Origin: Psammoneis japonica
Taxonomy: Eukaryota
Direction: 5' to 3'
Length of the DNA: 64,000 bases
NCBI GenBank assembly: GCA_008632985.1
Contig: QPGO01000081.1
Span: forward strand, 62,001 to 126,000
The position numbers were made by a program, and so were the translations under genes. Shown here one piece after another: positions 62,164 to 64,000 of the stretch (the stretch's first letter is position 1; every line of letters begins with the position of its first letter). The notes beneath the pieces were generated by a model that saw nothing but the letters and a program-made list of their open reading frames with translations, searched no databases and was not told where the DNA came from.

Positions 62164-62622
62164 CTTGAAATGTTTGAGTGGAGCATGGGACCCCAGTGAC
62201 TCCAAATCCTGAGTGAAATCAACCTGTCTTGCATTGGGAAAGAGGGTGGCAGACAGAGCACAAGACCAAGAAAGGCAATGGCAAGCTTGTGCACCCTTCG
62301 GAAGCAAAGAAACAAATGCTTGAAATGTTTGAGTGGAGCAGGGGACTCCAGCAACTCCAAATCCTGAGCAAAACCAACCTGTCTTGCATTGGGAAAGAGG
62401 GCGGCAGAGCACAACACCAAGAAAGGCAATGGCAAGCTTGTGCGCCCCCTTCAGAAGCAAAGAAACAAATGCTTGAAATGTTTGAGTGGACCAGGGGACC
62501 CCAGCAACTCCAAATCCTGAGCAAAACCAACCTGTCTTGCATTGGGAAAGAGGGTGGCAGAGCACAAGACCAAGAAAGGCAGTGGCAAGCTTGCGCACAC
62601 CCTTCGGAAGCAAAGAAACAAA
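62164..62622. repeat. Tandem repeat, three units of about 153 bp
   Basis: cttgaaatgtttgagtgga starts at 62164, 62319 and 62472. Confidence 0.92.
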
Positions 62623-62842
62623 CAAAACCACAGCAGGATTTTTTGGAAAAGGCCAAGAAACAACTTGGCTTTAAAAGGCACCAGTTGTCATTAAAAGGCA
62701 TCAGTGATTGGGAGCACATGGTTGGCGACAGTGCTTGAAAGCTTTGGAAAAGGGCAACTTTCGCCACATGTCGGCAATGATTCCTCGACTCTGCATGCCG
62801 CTGCGGCTCAGCTGTGTTCCGTTCGACGTGGCTTGCAGTCTC

Positions 62843-63855
62843 CATCGTGAGTCTTTGCATCGACCGTTCTTCGAGACTCACGATGGAGCGGAGAGCAGAG
62901 AGTGGTTTGACTTTCAAGGGCTGAGATGAGCGCGCGGATGCAGGAAGTGGTCAGTCCCGCCTGCTCGTGACTCAGTGCTTTTCTGCGGTGAAAATTGCGT
63001 GGAGATCCGAAGATGACAAAAACGGCCTGATGACTTCCGCTGACAACAACATCAACTGCATGCAATGTGCATTCGATGTTCTGCAATGCATGAATTAACA
63101 ACTTCAAGCATTGGATGCAGTTGCTTTGATGAATTTCACCAAAATGACACTGAGCCCTGCATTGCGTGCAAATCCACAGCACTCCGCACGACTCGTGTTT
63201 CGTTTCGGACAACTTCCAATTCGTCAAAGCAACTGCATCTAATGCCCAAAATGGTTTGTTCAAGCATTGACGAACACAGAATGCATGTTGCATGCAATTG
63301 ACATTGTTGTCAGCGGAAGTCATCTGACCGTTTTTGTCATAGTCGGATTCCTGCGCAATTTTCACCGTGGGGAAGCACTGAGTCACGAGCAGGTGGGACT
63401 GACCATTTCCTGCATCCGCGCGCTCGCCTCAGCCCTCAAAAGCAGAACCGCTCTCCGCTCTCCGCTCCATCGTGAGTCTCGAAGAACGGTCGACACAAAG
63501 ACTCACGATGAATTGACACCTTTGAGCATTGGATGCAGTTGCTTTGATGAATTTCACCAAAATGACGCCAAGCCCTGTGTTGCGTGCAAATCCACGGCAC
63601 TCCACACGATTCATGTTTTGTTTTGGATGACTTCCAATTCGTCAAAGTGACTGCATGCAATGCCTGAAATAGCCAATTCAACTGTCAACGAACACAGAAT
63701 GTACATTGGGTGCAGCTCATGTTGCAGTTAGCGGAAGTTGTCTGACCGTTTTTGTCATCGTCGGATTCCTGCGCAATTTTCACCGTAGAAATGTGCTGAG
63801 TCACGAGTGGGCGGGACTGACCACTTCCTGCATCCGCGCGCTCGCCTCAGTCCTC
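62843..63855. repeat. Composite inverted and tandem repeat (A' B A B A)
   Basis: About 62843-63080 is the reverse complement of about 63272-63510; about 63090-63430 is repeated at about 63510-63855. Confidence 0.8.
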
Positions 63856-64000
63856 AGCACATTCTCGCGTGAAAAAAAACACGTGCAGCAATCATTCTTG
63901 GCCGTTCAGATTAGAAGCCTGCACATGCAATCGATCCTCCTTGCTTTGCTGCACGTTGCATGTGATGATGTACTTCCAATTCACATGCCCCCATGCCCTG

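Noticed and set aside
62164..62622. CRISPR-like array, or a 51-aa repeat protein
   Set aside because: Whole 153-bp units repeat with no unique spacers, the context is eukaryotic, and the ORFs are by-products of stop depletion.

Overview
Eukaryotic nuclear DNA, most likely from a pennate diatom: there is a fucoxanthin-chlorophyll binding protein with an ASAF plastid-targeting motif, short GT-AG introns, CoDi-type Copia elements and Ambal-like LINEs. The window alternates between two sequence states. Host-gene islands have normal dinucleotide content: a Crinkler-like kinase, a membrane protein, GDT1, a PH/coiled-coil protein, adenylosuccinate synthetase, LHC, a SET-domain protein, PUS10 and an RXL/EF-hand-like surface protein. 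Repeat blocks (about 1-29.2 kb, 32.6-34.6, 37.7-38.7, 44.5-46.3 and 58.3-64 kb) have lost nearly all TpA dinucleotides. The main finding is that transposons here appear to have been hypermutated TpA->TpG/CpA (A:T->G:C), the mirror image of fungal RIP. Conserved Tyr codons have become Cys or His, including a recombinase catalytic Tyr and an RT YVDD motif. TAA/TAG stops have disappeared, sibling copies took opposite routes at the same sites, and surviving TpA is biased to TTAA. The first 28 kb also holds a four-level nest (unknown ORF > TRIM with a tRNA-like core > Ngaro/PAT-like tyrosine-recombinase element > full-length Copia) with junctions resolved to the base. All counts and alignments were done by eye; no searches were run.
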